DNA of 64,000 nucleotides from the sequence record OR699282.2. One strand, 5' to 3'. Shown one piece after another: positions 43,197-53,478 of this stretch; the stretch's first letter is position 1, and each line of letters begins with the position of its first letter. The notes under the pieces were generated by a model. The model saw nothing but the letters and a program-made list of their open reading frames with translations. It had not been told where the DNA came from and ran no database searches. Made by a program: the position numbers and the translations under genes.

Positions 43197-44042
43197 GTGT
43201 TTGATTTCAGTGATATTAAAAATAAGTCGGTCGATGATGATGAAAAACCAACACAGCATTCTTTTTCTATTGCTGAATTTCTAAAACACATTGACCGTGC
43301 TGATTATAAGTACTATAATGACATGACCGAAAAAGAACGAAAAGAGTTTACTCCATATACTGTTTTGCGATGGGTAAGCTCTTTAGATGATTCGTTACAA
43401 GTAACCTACCCTAGTAGTAAAGTTGAAAGTGTATTTGGAAAATGGAAATCTGGTGGTAAAGAAGCACTGACTGAACTAGTTACTGAATTAAAGTCTTCAG
43501 GGACAAATGTTTCATCAGTAACTAAGTACTGTCATAGTGATTATGATTGGCGTATTAAATTTGCAGTCCAATCAAAAGATGACGCACAAAAATTAATATC
43601 CTCAATGGTCGAATTTGGCGTATCAGGTTCCGAAATTGTTTCATTAGTAGATACTGAAGTTGTCAAATACCAACTTATTATGCTAAATGATATGGTTAAT
43701 GATGGATTTTGGGATATGAAAGAACATCCAGAATTAGTATATCAGCTTATGTGTTCAGTCCATGATATGATTGGTGGACAAGAAATGCCACGTAACTGGT
43801 TAAACTTTTCTAAGAATTTCAAAAAGGCAAATAACGAATTATTTGAGTTAATTAAAAGCTCACAACCTGATACTATATCTACTCAAATGAATGAAGATGA
43901 GTACAAAATTGTTCTATTGCAGTATGATAAAAAAACATTTGAGACATTTCTTGACAATAATGGTTTTCAAGATAATGAAAAGAAATCTATGATGAAATTG
44001 TTTAAAGAAGAATGTAAAAAATATGGCAAAGAAATCAAGTAA
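43197..44042 (+). CDS. Possible clamp-loader small subunit-like protein (gp62-like)
   Basis: Y..MTEKERKEFTPY..LRWVS and VN..FWDM.EHPEL..QL patterns recalled from T4-like phages; weak. Confidence 0.4.
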   Translation: MFDFSDIKNKSVDDDEKPTQHSFSIAEFLKHIDRADYKYYNDMTEKERKEFTPYTVLRWVSSLDDSLQVTYPSSKVESVFGKWKSGGKEALTELVTELKSSGTNVSSVTKYCHSDYDWRIKFAVQSKDDAQKLISSMVEFGVSGSEIVSLVDTEVVKYQLIMLNDMVNDGFWDMKEHPELVYQLMCSVHDMIGGQEMPRNWLNFSKNFKKANNELFELIKSSQPDTISTQMNEDEYKIVLLQYDKKTFETFLDNNGFQDNEKKSMMKLFKEECKKYGKEIK

Positions 44043-44733
44043 TAAAGTATATACCTGTAGATTTTGTGATCGTGAATTTAAACGTGAAGAAACTGTAAAC
44101 ACACATAAATGTATAAAACGTGACCGATACGAAGACCGCCAAAGCCGCCAGATGATGGAGGCTTTTCGTATATATATGCAATTTATGGAATTGAATAAGT
44201 TCCCATTTAAAAAAGGCGTAGAGCCTTTTATTGCTTTTATAAAGTCAAAGTACTTTAATGATTTTTATAGTTTTGCCGAATACTATTTGAATAATAGAGA
44301 TATTATTAATGTGGACGAGTTTGTAAAGTACTTGATTATCAATAACAAACCAATCACGGAATGGAGTACATATAAAGCAAAAGATGAATGGATATTAAAA
44401 ACAATTCGTGCCGAGCACCCAAAAGAAGCAATTGCAAGAAGTGTTATCTCACTGGTTGAATGGGCTGAAAATTTGAATGTACAATGGAATACTTTCTTTG
44501 AAAATGTAAGTTCTGCCCGTGCAATTGCATGGATTGAGAGTGGTAAAATTTCACCTTGGATTATCTGGCTTGCTCCTAAAAAAAGTACTAATAAGTTTTT
44601 TAAAAAACTATCAAACTCAGAAATTGAATATATACTTAAATACATCGATCCAAGTTATTTTGAAATCAAAACTATAAAATACAAAAAGGATTGTGATGAA
44701 ATTAAGATTATGCTATGTGAGGCAGGATTATGA
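44023..44733 (+). CDS. C2H2 zinc-finger hypothetical protein
   Basis: YTCRFCDREFKRE....THKC at the N-terminus. Confidence 0.6.
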   Translation: MAKKSSNKVYTCRFCDREFKREETVNTHKCIKRDRYEDRQSRQMMEAFRIYMQFMELNKFPFKKGVEPFIAFIKSKYFNDFYSFAEYYLNNRDIINVDEFVKYLIINNKPITEWSTYKAKDEWILKTIRAEHPKEAIARSVISLVEWAENLNVQWNTFFENVSSARAIAWIESGKISPWIIWLAPKKSTNKFFKKLSNSEIEYILKYIDPSYFEIKTIKYKKDCDEIKIMLCEAGL

Positions 44734-45059
44734 ATGGAAAAAGTATATATAATAAAATACCAGAAGGGTATGTACCTGTACCTAAAGAACAAAAATCAAA
44801 ACAAATATCTCTACTTAGACAAGGATCTATTACTGAAATAACTTTAGATGGTAAAACATTTCAAGTTCATGATCCTGCTCGTATTGAAAAAATTATTTCT
44901 TTGGTAGAAAGACACGAAGAACGCTTTTTCAGTTTAAGTCAAGAATTGGCAAAGACAAAACAAAATTGTAGATTATTAGAGAATCAAATATCAACTTTGA
45001 CTAATACAGTTAAACAGTTACAGGAGCAAATAAAAAATGCAGGATTCGACCGATTCTAA
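44730..45059 (+). CDS. Coiled-coil hypothetical protein
   Basis: Coupled ORF with heptad pattern. Confidence 0.6.
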   Translation: MNGKSIYNKIPEGYVPVPKEQKSKQISLLRQGSITEITLDGKTFQVHDPARIEKIISLVERHEERFFSLSQELAKTKQNCRLLENQISTLTNTVKQLQEQIKNAGFDRF

Positions 45060-45675
45060 ACATTATAGAAAAGCCCGAACTGATATTGACATTGACTTCA
45101 AGGATAGTAAAAGCGTAATCGCTAAACTTCCATGTGTGCGAAGTACTGAAAAAATTACGGAGGATGGTTTAATCCCCCATAATAGTGGTGTTCATTTTGA
45201 TAATATACCTATTGATCCAATCACTGGATTGGCAAGTATACAATATAAAGAAGCTGAAAGGTTAGGGTATCAAAAAGTTGATATTCTTTCACAGTCAGCT
45301 TACATGTATGTTCGTGATAGAGAGCATTTAAAAGAACTAATGAATCAGGAACCAAATTGGGATCTATTGTTAGAACCCGAAATTGTAGAACATCTATCGC
45401 AAATTAAAAAACATGTAACTTTATTAAATGTATGGAAGCCTAAATCTATAGACGAACTAGCAATGTTTATTGCAATGATTCGCCCAGGAAAAAGGCAGTG
45501 CCAAAGTATGAACACATGGGACGAAGTTAAAGCTACCATATGGGATTATAGTACTATAGGCACTGACCAAGCAGGAAATAAATTACGATATTTCAAAAAG
45601 CCACATGCTTACGCATATAGCTTAATGATTGTTGTACAACTAAATGCTTTAGTTGAACATCTTACTTCTTCTTAA
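45037..45675 (+). CDS. Minimal family C (DnaE alpha-like) polymerase core
   Basis: TDIDIDF, HNSGV, GYQKVDIL, IAMIRPG, FKKPHAYAY motifs. Confidence 0.75.
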   Translation: MQDSTDSKHYRKARTDIDIDFKDSKSVIAKLPCVRSTEKITEDGLIPHNSGVHFDNIPIDPITGLASIQYKEAERLGYQKVDILSQSAYMYVRDREHLKELMNQEPNWDLLLEPEIVEHLSQIKKHVTLLNVWKPKSIDELAMFIAMIRPGKRQCQSMNTWDEVKATIWDYSTIGTDQAGNKLRYFKKPHAYAYSLMIVVQLNALVEHLTSS

Positions 45676-46015
45676 GAGCCACATTACGACGCTTGATGCG
45701 TTTCTGTGGCAAATTGCTTAAAGAAACTACTGGACCACATACGAAATTCACCGACGGTGTATCGAATCTCTGTGTGTACGGTTCAAATTTCTCCATCTCT
45801 TCTTGAAAGAATAGACAAACTGGAATGGTTCTATTACTTTGCCACCACCAATCGTGTGCTATACCTAACAATTCGTCTTGCATTGAATCATCCATATCAT
45901 CGAAACAGTAAAGAGTTGTATACTGTTTGCTTTTGATTTTGATGATACCAACAAACGTTTTACCATCATACTGGATTACAGTAATGAATGGTGGAATAGT
46001 GTTATATTGATTCAT
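45662..46015 (-). CDS. Hypothetical protein
   Basis: 117 aa, WWWQSNRTIP..F motif; convergent on the polymerase fragment. Confidence 0.65.
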   Translation of the reverse strand: MNQYNTIPPFITVIQYDGKTFVGIIKIKSKQYTTLYCFDDMDDSMQDELLGIAHDWWWQSNRTIPVCLFFQEEMEKFEPYTQRFDTPSVNFVCGPVVSLSNLPQKRIKRRNVALKKK

Positions 46016-46072
46016 ATTAGTTCCATAAATATTAGTATAAATTTATACCTATTATTTATGGAAGGAAAAACT

Positions 46073-47050
46073 ATGGCTCATCACGGCGTGTTTATGTACC
46101 CTTATAATCAGGAAGTATCATTGGGCAATTTTAATATGCCATATAGCAATGAAAAACTAACTATATATAGAGGGGCAAATAATAATTTATCTTTTACTGT
46201 TCACAACGCTGATGGAAAATATACTTTATTGAAAGATAATGAATATCTTACATTTATGATTTTTGATGCACGAAATAATACTAAACTATTTGATGTTGTA
46301 TTAGAAAAACAAGAACCCAGTTGGTTATCAGAAAGTGGACAAGCAAGACAAACATTAGGAAATAAAAAGAAAGTATATTATGGATGTATTGTTCCAGCAG
46401 GAGTTATTCAAGATACCAGTCCTGGTTCAAAATATAGATGGAGCATTACTAAAGTAACAATGGATGGTTCACTTATAGAACCAACACAATATCTATACAC
46501 AGGGATGAACTTTGAGGCATCAGCAGAGCTAATAATTTCAGACCAAGCAGCACCTGTATTTGTCCCCAGTACTGAAATATCAGTTAATAAAAATCCAGCA
46601 TGGACAACTATAAAGCGTTTATATCATGAACCAATTGGAAATGGTATGATTGGTGAATATGATATTCTCGCATCAACTCCACTACCAGCACAAATGCAGT
46701 TTGGATTAGTAGATGGATTAAGTAGTATTGCAATCTATTTTGATAAATTTATTGGTAGAATACAGCTACAAGGGTGCTTGTGTAACAACGTACCTAATGA
46801 TAATGAAAACTATAAATGGTTTATTATTAAATTAGATGGAAAGGATTATATTGAAAATGGAATTGATTCAGAAGGTTTTCCAAAAGAACTTGACGGAATA
46901 CAAGCATTTAATTTTAAAGGAAATTATATGTGGTTACGTTTGGTGGTTGCTATTCATCCCAAAATTGTTCCAGTACCATATGACTATGCTGCTGTCCGAA
47001 AAGTGTATGACCCTTTCCTAACAGTACCTAAAATTTTGATACGTAGATGA
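46073..47050 (+). CDS. Probable late/virion beta-sandwich protein
   Basis: Late motif 46025-46031; AAGGA RBS; beta-rich. Confidence 0.5.
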   Translation: MAHHGVFMYPYNQEVSLGNFNMPYSNEKLTIYRGANNNLSFTVHNADGKYTLLKDNEYLTFMIFDARNNTKLFDVVLEKQEPSWLSESGQARQTLGNKKKVYYGCIVPAGVIQDTSPGSKYRWSITKVTMDGSLIEPTQYLYTGMNFEASAELIISDQAAPVFVPSTEISVNKNPAWTTIKRLYHEPIGNGMIGEYDILASTPLPAQMQFGLVDGLSSIAIYFDKFIGRIQLQGCLCNNVPNDNENYKWFIIKLDGKDYIENGIDSEGFPKELDGIQAFNFKGNYMWLRLVVAIHPKIVPVPYDYAAVRKVYDPFLTVPKILIRR

Positions 47051-47076
47051 GACAAAACTAGAAGGTGTGCTATAAT
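47049..47076 (+). promoter_or_regulatory. Promoter GAGACA-N16-TATAAT
   Basis: GAGACA 47049-47054, TGC, TATAAT 47071-47076; upstream of primase. Confidence 0.75.
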
Positions 47077-47105
47077 CATTTGTAAGAAAAGACAAGGATT
47101 AACTT

Positions 47106-48161
47106 ATGAACGCTGTACAAAACATAATGGCACAAATTATGAATGATCCAGTACCTGCGATTGGTACATGGTCACAACACAACTGTCCAGCTTGTGTGTT
47201 CAGAGGACATTCAAGGCCGGATACAAAGCACCGTGGTAATCATATGTTCAATGCAGATGGTTCCGTTTCATATAACTGCTTTAACTGTAGTTTAAAAACT
47301 GGTTGGCAACCAGGAAAATATATGAGCAAAGATATGGAGTCTTTGCTCATTTCTTTTGGTGCACAAGATAAAGAAATAGAATTAGTTAAGTTTTATATTA
47401 AAGAAATGGTTGACAGCGGTGATTTTGCTGCACAAGAAACTGTTGCATCAAAATTGTATGACCGAGTAACAGTACGTGATTTGCCATCAAATGCAAAAAC
47501 ATTTTGGGAATGGGCTTCTTTACCTGAAGATAAAATTCCACAAGAATTTATAAGTGTTTTGCATAATGTCAATGAAAGAAACCCATATCTGTTAGACTTA
47601 GAATTATATTGGTCACCTAATAAAGAACATAAAATGTATGACAGATTTATTATTCCATATTTCATGAATGGTAAAATTATTGGTTATACTGCACGACATA
47701 AATTAAAAGATCCTGGAAGTACATACAGGTTCATAAATCAAGTAAGTACTAATATACTATATAACTATGATTTATTAAAAGATGAACGAATAAAAACAAT
47801 TTTAGTATGTGAGGGTCCGTTAGACGCAGCATTAATGGGTGGTGTATCTGCTAATAACTTTAAATTATCAAACGTACAGATTGATGTATTAAAAGATGCA
47901 CAGCAAAAAGGTAAAAAAATAGTTATTGTTCCAGATAGAGATAAAGATGGATTAATAACTATAGACCAAGCACTTGAAAATGGATTCAGTGTTTCCTTCC
48001 CAGACTTTGGTGCTGTAAGAGAAGGTAGTACAATACGTCATATCAAAGACTTTGAAGAAGCTTGTGCACGATTTGGTAGGTTATTTTGTTTACAATTAAT
48101 ACATGATAGTATAGTAGATGAGCCATTTTATATTAAAGCTCAAACGGATAAATGGATGTAA
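47106..48161 (+). CDS. DNA primase (gp61-like)
   Basis: Zinc finger CPAC...CFNC, IIPY, TOPRIM VCEGPLDA and PDRD. Confidence 0.9.
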   Translation: MNAVQNIMAQIMNDPVPAIGTWSQHNCPACVFRGHSRPDTKHRGNHMFNADGSVSYNCFNCSLKTGWQPGKYMSKDMESLLISFGAQDKEIELVKFYIKEMVDSGDFAAQETVASKLYDRVTVRDLPSNAKTFWEWASLPEDKIPQEFISVLHNVNERNPYLLDLELYWSPNKEHKMYDRFIIPYFMNGKIIGYTARHKLKDPGSTYRFINQVSTNILYNYDLLKDERIKTILVCEGPLDAALMGGVSANNFKLSNVQIDVLKDAQQKGKKIVIVPDRDKDGLITIDQALENGFSVSFPDFGAVREGSTIRHIKDFEEACARFGRLFCLQLIHDSIVDEPFYIKAQTDKWM

Positions 48162-48183
48162 TACATATAATGAGGGAACATAG

Positions 48184-49704
48184 ATGATTCAAAGCACAGT
48201 GGATGTGAAACAATATGGGATTAATGCACAACAATACTTATTATCTCAGATTTTCAGTAATCCTGATTTATATGTACGTTGTAAAAATATCCTTAAACCA
48301 GAATATTTTGATAAAACATTTCATGAAAGTATTCAATACGTGCATGATTATGCTGCAAAATATAGTTCATCACCTACTTTGAAAGATATTGAAGTTAAAG
48401 GTGGTTATCAATACGATCAATATGAAGTTCAAGAATTACATAAACAATCAGTACTTGATACATGTGGTGAATTTTGTCGTCATAAAGCATTAGCGTTAGC
48501 CGTTGAAAAAGGAATGGAACTTGTCCATCAGAAAAAATATGGTGGAATCGAAGAACTAATCCGAGAAGCAATGTTGGTAACGGTACAGAATGAGTTAGGT
48601 TTGGACATTTTTGAAAACCCTGAAGATACAATCCGCTCACTCAGTACAATGCAAGGGTCATTTAAGAGTGGTTGGGAAACTCTTGATTACAAACTGTTCG
48701 GTGGATTTGGGCGTAGAGAGTTAGAGATCTTTGCTGCTGCATCAGGTGGTGGTAAATCAGTAGTACTGCAAAATTTAGCAGTTAACTTTGCGAAAGCTGG
48801 TATGAATGGTGCATACATTTCACTTGAACTAGCTGAAGAGTTGGTTGCTGTTCGTATCTATGGTATGATGACTGAATCAAAACTCAGTAACGTAAAAAAT
48901 GAAGCTGAAAAGATTGGATTTGCTGTTAAAGTTGAAGGTAAAAACAGTGGTATGTTGCGTATTAAACGCTTACCTGAATCTGTAACAACCACAGACGATA
49001 TTGAAAGTTATCTACGTGAATTACAAATTAAGATGGAAATCAAACTTGATTATGTATGCGTGGACTATTTGGATCTATTAACTTCTAATCGTCTTGGACC
49101 AAATGATAAATCCAATACATTTACTAAAGATAAATTTGTATCAGAAGAATTACGTGCTCTTGCATCCAAAATGGATTTGACTGTTTTCACTGCATCTCAG
49201 TTTAACCGTAGTGGTATGGACGAAGATAAGAAAAGTCAAAGTCAGATTGCTGGTGGTATTTCAAAAATTTATACTGCTGATAACGTAATTTATATTGAAG
49301 CAAAAAAAGAAACTGGCGAACTATGGTTTGATTTCCAAAAAACACGTAACAGTAGTGCAGTAGGTTCCCGTTTGCGTATGTCATATGATATTGATTCATT
49401 GAGAGTTCTTGACCACGCAACTACAGTACAACAAATGGAAACCGAAGGTAATGGATTCCGTCACAGCGGTGTTTCTAAGATTGGTGGAGGGAACATGGCG
49501 TTACCACCCAGCACTATGCAAACATTACGTCATTCGCTTTCTGGTGCAGCTAAATCACCATCTGTGCAACCTGACAATACAGTAACACTAAATACTGATA
49601 GTGCTCCTAACTCTACGACACAAAACGAAATACAGAATCCACAGACACATGCTGGTACTGATCGTGTTCATGCAATGAAGCAATGGTTAAATCAAAGGAA
49701 ATGA
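48184..49704 (+). CDS. Replicative helicase (gp41-like)
   Basis: ASGGGKS, ISLEL, VDYLDL, TASQFNR, KTRNS. Confidence 0.92.
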   Translation: MIQSTVDVKQYGINAQQYLLSQIFSNPDLYVRCKNILKPEYFDKTFHESIQYVHDYAAKYSSSPTLKDIEVKGGYQYDQYEVQELHKQSVLDTCGEFCRHKALALAVEKGMELVHQKKYGGIEELIREAMLVTVQNELGLDIFENPEDTIRSLSTMQGSFKSGWETLDYKLFGGFGRRELEIFAAASGGGKSVVLQNLAVNFAKAGMNGAYISLELAEELVAVRIYGMMTESKLSNVKNEAEKIGFAVKVEGKNSGMLRIKRLPESVTTTDDIESYLRELQIKMEIKLDYVCVDYLDLLTSNRLGPNDKSNTFTKDKFVSEELRALASKMDLTVFTASQFNRSGMDEDKKSQSQIAGGISKIYTADNVIYIEAKKETGELWFDFQKTRNSSAVGSRLRMSYDIDSLRVLDHATTVQQMETEGNGFRHSGVSKIGGGNMALPPSTMQTLRHSLSGAAKSPSVQPDNTVTLNTDSAPNSTTQNEIQNPQTHAGTDRVHAMKQWLNQRK

Positions 49705-49707
49705 TAA

Positions 49708-49980
49708 ATGTCTAGTAAATCCAATAAAAAGAATCTACTTGATAGTATAGTTGACTATACGCCAGAGAAAGATACATTACAGAGTTTTAGTAATCGTGCC
49801 GACCACGCAATAAACTCTGTGATTCATTTATTGGAGAGCATTGAAGATGAGTTTAACCAAACTGATGCTGAAGATTTAAAAAAACGCTTATTTCTAAGTA
49901 TAAAAAACCGAGATTATAAAAAGTTTCAAAAAGGGTTAGAGAATATAGCACTTGATGAAAAACGTAATAAAGGAAATTAA
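49708..49980 (+). CDS. Hypothetical protein
   Basis: 90-aa helical ORF. Confidence 0.65.
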   Translation: MSSKSNKKNLLDSIVDYTPEKDTLQSFSNRADHAINSVIHLLESIEDEFNQTDAEDLKKRLFLSIKNRDYKKFQKGLENIALDEKRNKGN

Positions 49981-49981
49981 T

Positions 49982-50146
49982 ATGAAGAAAAAGAATATCA
50001 AAGAAAATGCATCTTCTGGAGCTACTTCAGCAGGTGCTATTGCATCAGTCAGTACTGGTTTACATTATCCATTACATCGTAGATTGCCTCCTACTAACTT
50101 CTTTGGATACAAAGTCGTAGAGAAAAAAGATAAGGACAAAGAATGA
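49982..50146 (+). CDS. Small hypothetical protein
   Basis: ATG 49982 with AAGGA RBS; IKENASSGATSAG. Confidence 0.55.
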   Translation: MKKKNIKENASSGATSAGAIASVSTGLHYPLHRRLPPTNFFGYKVVEKKDKDKE

Positions 50147-50535
50147 AACCATATACATTCTACACAATTCACACTGTAGTAGATATTGGTGATGGTAAAA
50201 CCCCAACAATCATAGATTCTAAGTTCACTGGTGCTATGAACTTGTCTAGGTTGTTGGAAGCTATTATGGTATATGACTATCCAATGATGGTAAGCGTTGT
50301 TAAAAATGAAGTCGATTTATATAAAGATAATAATTCATCTTTTTATAACATGCCAATTTCTTGGGGAAAATGTACCATAAGCACATTCAAATTCGCATTA
50401 CCAATGGATGTCGAACTTCGTTTGAATGGTATACCATTGGTTCTACCAACCGAATTAAATGGAAAACGAATAACAAAATTTATCACATCTGGTGATGATA
50501 TTAACATTAGCATCAGCAAACAGACCTTTTCTTAA
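50143..50535 (+). CDS. Hypothetical protein
   Basis: Coupled by an ATGA overlap. Confidence 0.6.
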   Translation: MKPYTFYTIHTVVDIGDGKTPTIIDSKFTGAMNLSRLLEAIMVYDYPMMVSVVKNEVDLYKDNNSSFYNMPISWGKCTISTFKFALPMDVELRLNGIPLVLPTELNGKRITKFITSGDDINISISKQTFS

Positions 50536-50591
50536 TTGTGATAAATATCATAAAGCAAGACAGAGGTCTTTTTATTTTATATGGAGAAATT

Positions 50592-51536
50592 ATGGATATA
50601 AACCAAACAGCAACTGAACTTCAAAAGTTCGCAGATGCACATAATTTGAATGTTGATGTTTCTGTTATTCTTGATAATATGGATGCAGGTGATTTTATCA
50701 CTTTAAATTCTGCGATTGATAATTCTGACAATCGTGAAATATTCCAAATTTTACAAAAATACAAAGCACAGATGAGTGAATGTTATAATTATTTTAGTAC
50801 TAAAAATGTTAACAAACATATTAATGAAAGTACTGAACTTCATAGTATTGTTGATTCAATGTCACTAAAGCAATTAGCAGAAGAGTATCATAAAAATTAT
50901 ACATATTCAGATATAACAAAACTAACCACACAAGAATTAAAAGCAATTGTATTTGAAGATTTACAAAATCAAGCCACACAAATGCAAGCAAAACAAATTG
51001 CTAAAATGAATGTTTCTCAGGGTCAACAACAAGTCAATCCACAAACTCAAGCTAAAATGAAACAAGCTGAGTTGCAAAGAAATGCTAATAATATGAAAGT
51101 TAGTGTTCCTGGTACACAAAGCGGGACAGATTCGGTTGAACCTGTAGTTGGTGTTGACCCAGGACAAACACCGGAGCAATCATTAGTTATTACTAAAAGT
51201 GGGACCAAGCCAAATGAGTTGAACGTTTTTCCTTTGAGTGATGTTAATCCTATTGATAATCAAAATAATCCAATTCGTGAAGAAAAATCTCCACAAGAAA
51301 TTAACAGTGAACTTATGGCTAATTCCAGTTTAGAGCCTGATAGTAATCCTGATACACCATCACCATTGTCACATCATGCACCTGGTATGGGCGAAATGAT
51401 ACATGCAATTTCTGATATTGAAAAAGAAGATGATATCTATGGTGATGAAAGTGTTATGGCAAACACATCACAATCTGATAATGATGACATGGTAGACCAA
51501 ATTATCGATTTCTGTCATCGTATGCGAGGTCGTTAA
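50592..51536 (+). CDS. Probable internal head protein
   Basis: Late motif 50541-50547; GGAG RBS; INES motif; Gln-rich. Confidence 0.5.
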   Translation: MDINQTATELQKFADAHNLNVDVSVILDNMDAGDFITLNSAIDNSDNREIFQILQKYKAQMSECYNYFSTKNVNKHINESTELHSIVDSMSLKQLAEEYHKNYTYSDITKLTTQELKAIVFEDLQNQATQMQAKQIAKMNVSQGQQQVNPQTQAKMKQAELQRNANNMKVSVPGTQSGTDSVEPVVGVDPGQTPEQSLVITKSGTKPNELNVFPLSDVNPIDNQNNPIREEKSPQEINSELMANSSLEPDSNPDTPSPLSHHAPGMGEMIHAISDIEKEDDIYGDESVMANTSQSDNDDMVDQIIDFCHRMRGR

Positions 51537-51754
51537 TGAGAACAGTACTAAATGTGCATGGTCACAATACAATGGTTTCTAATGAAGAATATAAACTATT
51601 ACAAAAGATAAAAGCACGCGGTACTGTTCCAGTTGAAAAGGTAAATGAATATTATCAGGAATTAGCTGATAAGATGGTATCACGTGGTGTTCTAAATAAA
51701 ATAGAAAATGATGACGGTACTGAATCTTACCAAACAGTTAGGAGTAGTAAATGA
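51536..51754 (+). CDS. Small hypothetical protein (winged-helix-like)
   Basis: LADKMVSRGVL pattern; coupled. Confidence 0.55.
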   Translation: MRTVLNVHGHNTMVSNEEYKLLQKIKARGTVPVEKVNEYYQELADKMVSRGVLNKIENDDGTESYQTVRSSK

Positions 51755-52422
51755 ATTACGAATATGATCAACAATCAGTTAATCAGATGGCTGATTTGTT
51801 AAGTGGATTGAATGACATTGAAGCTGGTGAAACACATAACGCATCTGGGGTTCCATATAAAACTGGTGGTGATATCGGTGCTATGGCTTCTATTTTAACT
51901 TCATTAAATGAAGCAGGTATGGATTATGGTGAACCACAACATCCACATATGGTTCAATACAATTCTCCGTATAATGAACATTTATCAGGGAATTCACCAG
52001 TACCTTCGCCACGACCATCACAAGCACCTCTTAAACCAAAAACTAATTGGAGTTTAGTGGAAGAAAAAGTACAAGGTACTAAATCTACTAAAGTTTATAG
52101 CATTAAGTGTAATCATAGTTCACAAATTATCATGAATAATATTATGATGTATGAAGCAGCACTTACATTAGTTAATCTTCTCAATGAAGGAAGAATGTTG
52201 ACAGATGCAAAAGTACTTGGTATAATCAGTTCGGGTCTTCAATACACGAATGTGATTAGTGAAGCATTGAAAGCAGCCCAGAAACGTCAACGCGTACTTA
52301 ATGAATCGAAGTATGATGAAGCAAAAGATTTAGATATAATTATTGCAGAAAAGAAAGCTGAAGCGTATAAATTAAAAGAGCGTGTATTAAACTTTCTAAA
52401 AGGCGAAGGTTATATAAAGTAA
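51751..52422 (+). CDS. Hypothetical protein, possible head protein
   Basis: LNE motifs; coupled. Confidence 0.55.
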   Translation: MNYEYDQQSVNQMADLLSGLNDIEAGETHNASGVPYKTGGDIGAMASILTSLNEAGMDYGEPQHPHMVQYNSPYNEHLSGNSPVPSPRPSQAPLKPKTNWSLVEEKVQGTKSTKVYSIKCNHSSQIIMNNIMMYEAALTLVNLLNEGRMLTDAKVLGIISSGLQYTNVISEALKAAQKRQRVLNESKYDEAKDLDIIIAEKKAEAYKLKERVLNFLKGEGYIK

Positions 52423-52454
52423 ATAAATGAGTGATATTTTATAAGGAAATACAA

Positions 52455-53087
52455 ATGTCAAAATATAAAAAACTAATGGAAGCAGCTTCTCGTGCAGAAG
52501 CTATGAAGTTTATTCAACTAAATGAATCTAATATTGAAAAAGCAGAAATTGTTCTTTCAGTAAAAGGTGAGATTGTGGATAAACTCCAACGTCAATCTGA
52601 GGTTATTAACAACATGGGTGTTGACGTACTAGGCCCACTACTTGACCGTATTAAAGCCGAGCAAGGTCTAGATGCTGCACAAAATTTTAGTGATAATGTT
52701 CGTCATCTACTACAACATGCAGTTACTACCTTAATGGATGTAAAAGACAAAATCAGTACTGAAACACTTAAACTAACTGGTGATATCACTGACGGTCCAG
52801 ATGTTTCTGATATTGGAAGTGAAGATGTTGATATTGATATTGCAGCAGATACCCCAACTTTTGATATGGATGCAGACGCAGACTTTGAAGAAGACATTAT
52901 CTCTGAGCCAGTACCAACTGAACGTGAAATGAAAGAATCTGTTAAACCAAGTAAAGTTGGTGTAAAAATGGAAAGTATTCGCGGAACTGTGGGTACTAAA
53001 TACTTTAGTTCAAAAGAAGAAATGAAAACATGGCTTTCTGAGAATGAAAAGAAAGTTAAACGTGTTCTAGGATACGTTAAAAAATAA
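52455..53087 (+). CDS. Hypothetical protein, possible head protein
   Basis: LNESN, MKESV; optimised codons. Confidence 0.55.
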   Translation: MSKYKKLMEAASRAEAMKFIQLNESNIEKAEIVLSVKGEIVDKLQRQSEVINNMGVDVLGPLLDRIKAEQGLDAAQNFSDNVRHLLQHAVTTLMDVKDKISTETLKLTGDITDGPDVSDIGSEDVDIDIAADTPTFDMDADADFEEDIISEPVPTEREMKESVKPSKVGVKMESIRGTVGTKYFSSKEEMKTWLSENEKKVKRVLGYVKK

Positions 53088-53103
53088 TTAAGGACAATTC
53101 TAC

Positions 53104-53439
53104 ATGAGATTTCGTGATCTTACTGAAGAGGCTCCTGGTAAAGATATACGCAATATGATTACTACTATTGCGTTGTCTTTAGTGTCCACGGGTCGAGAAG
53201 AAGTAAATGTTCAATCTTTGATTTCTGAAATTAAAAAGAGAACCAACATCGATGTTCCATACAATGTAATGATGGACATTTTGAATTCCCTTCCTTTTGT
53301 ACAGGATGCTAATTCTGATGTTGTAACTTTTGCAGGAAATTCAGCAGAAGGTTCAGAAGAAGTCGAGCAAGATTCTGAAGAGCAAGTTGAAGATTGGGCC
53401 ACAAAAGCTGCTGTGACAGCAAATAAACAAAAAAACTGA
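53104..53439 (+). CDS. Hypothetical protein
   Basis: MRFRDLTEE start; AAGGA RBS. Confidence 0.6.
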   Translation: MRFRDLTEEAPGKDIRNMITTIALSLVSTGREEVNVQSLISEIKKRTNIDVPYNVMMDILNSLPFVQDANSDVVTFAGNSAEGSEEVEQDSEEQVEDWATKAAVTANKQKN

Positions 53440-53465
53440 GACAAATTAAAATATAATGCTATAAT
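53438..53465 (+). promoter_or_regulatory. Promoter GAGACA-N16-TATAAT
   Basis: GAGACA 53438-53443, TGC, TATAAT 53460-53465. Confidence 0.7.
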
Positions 53466-53478
53466 TAGGAGTACACGG

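Noticed and set aside
50557-50575. Small hairpin AAGAC/GTCTT with T run after a late promoter
   Set aside because: A 5-bp AT-rich stem is too weak to call a terminator or attenuator.
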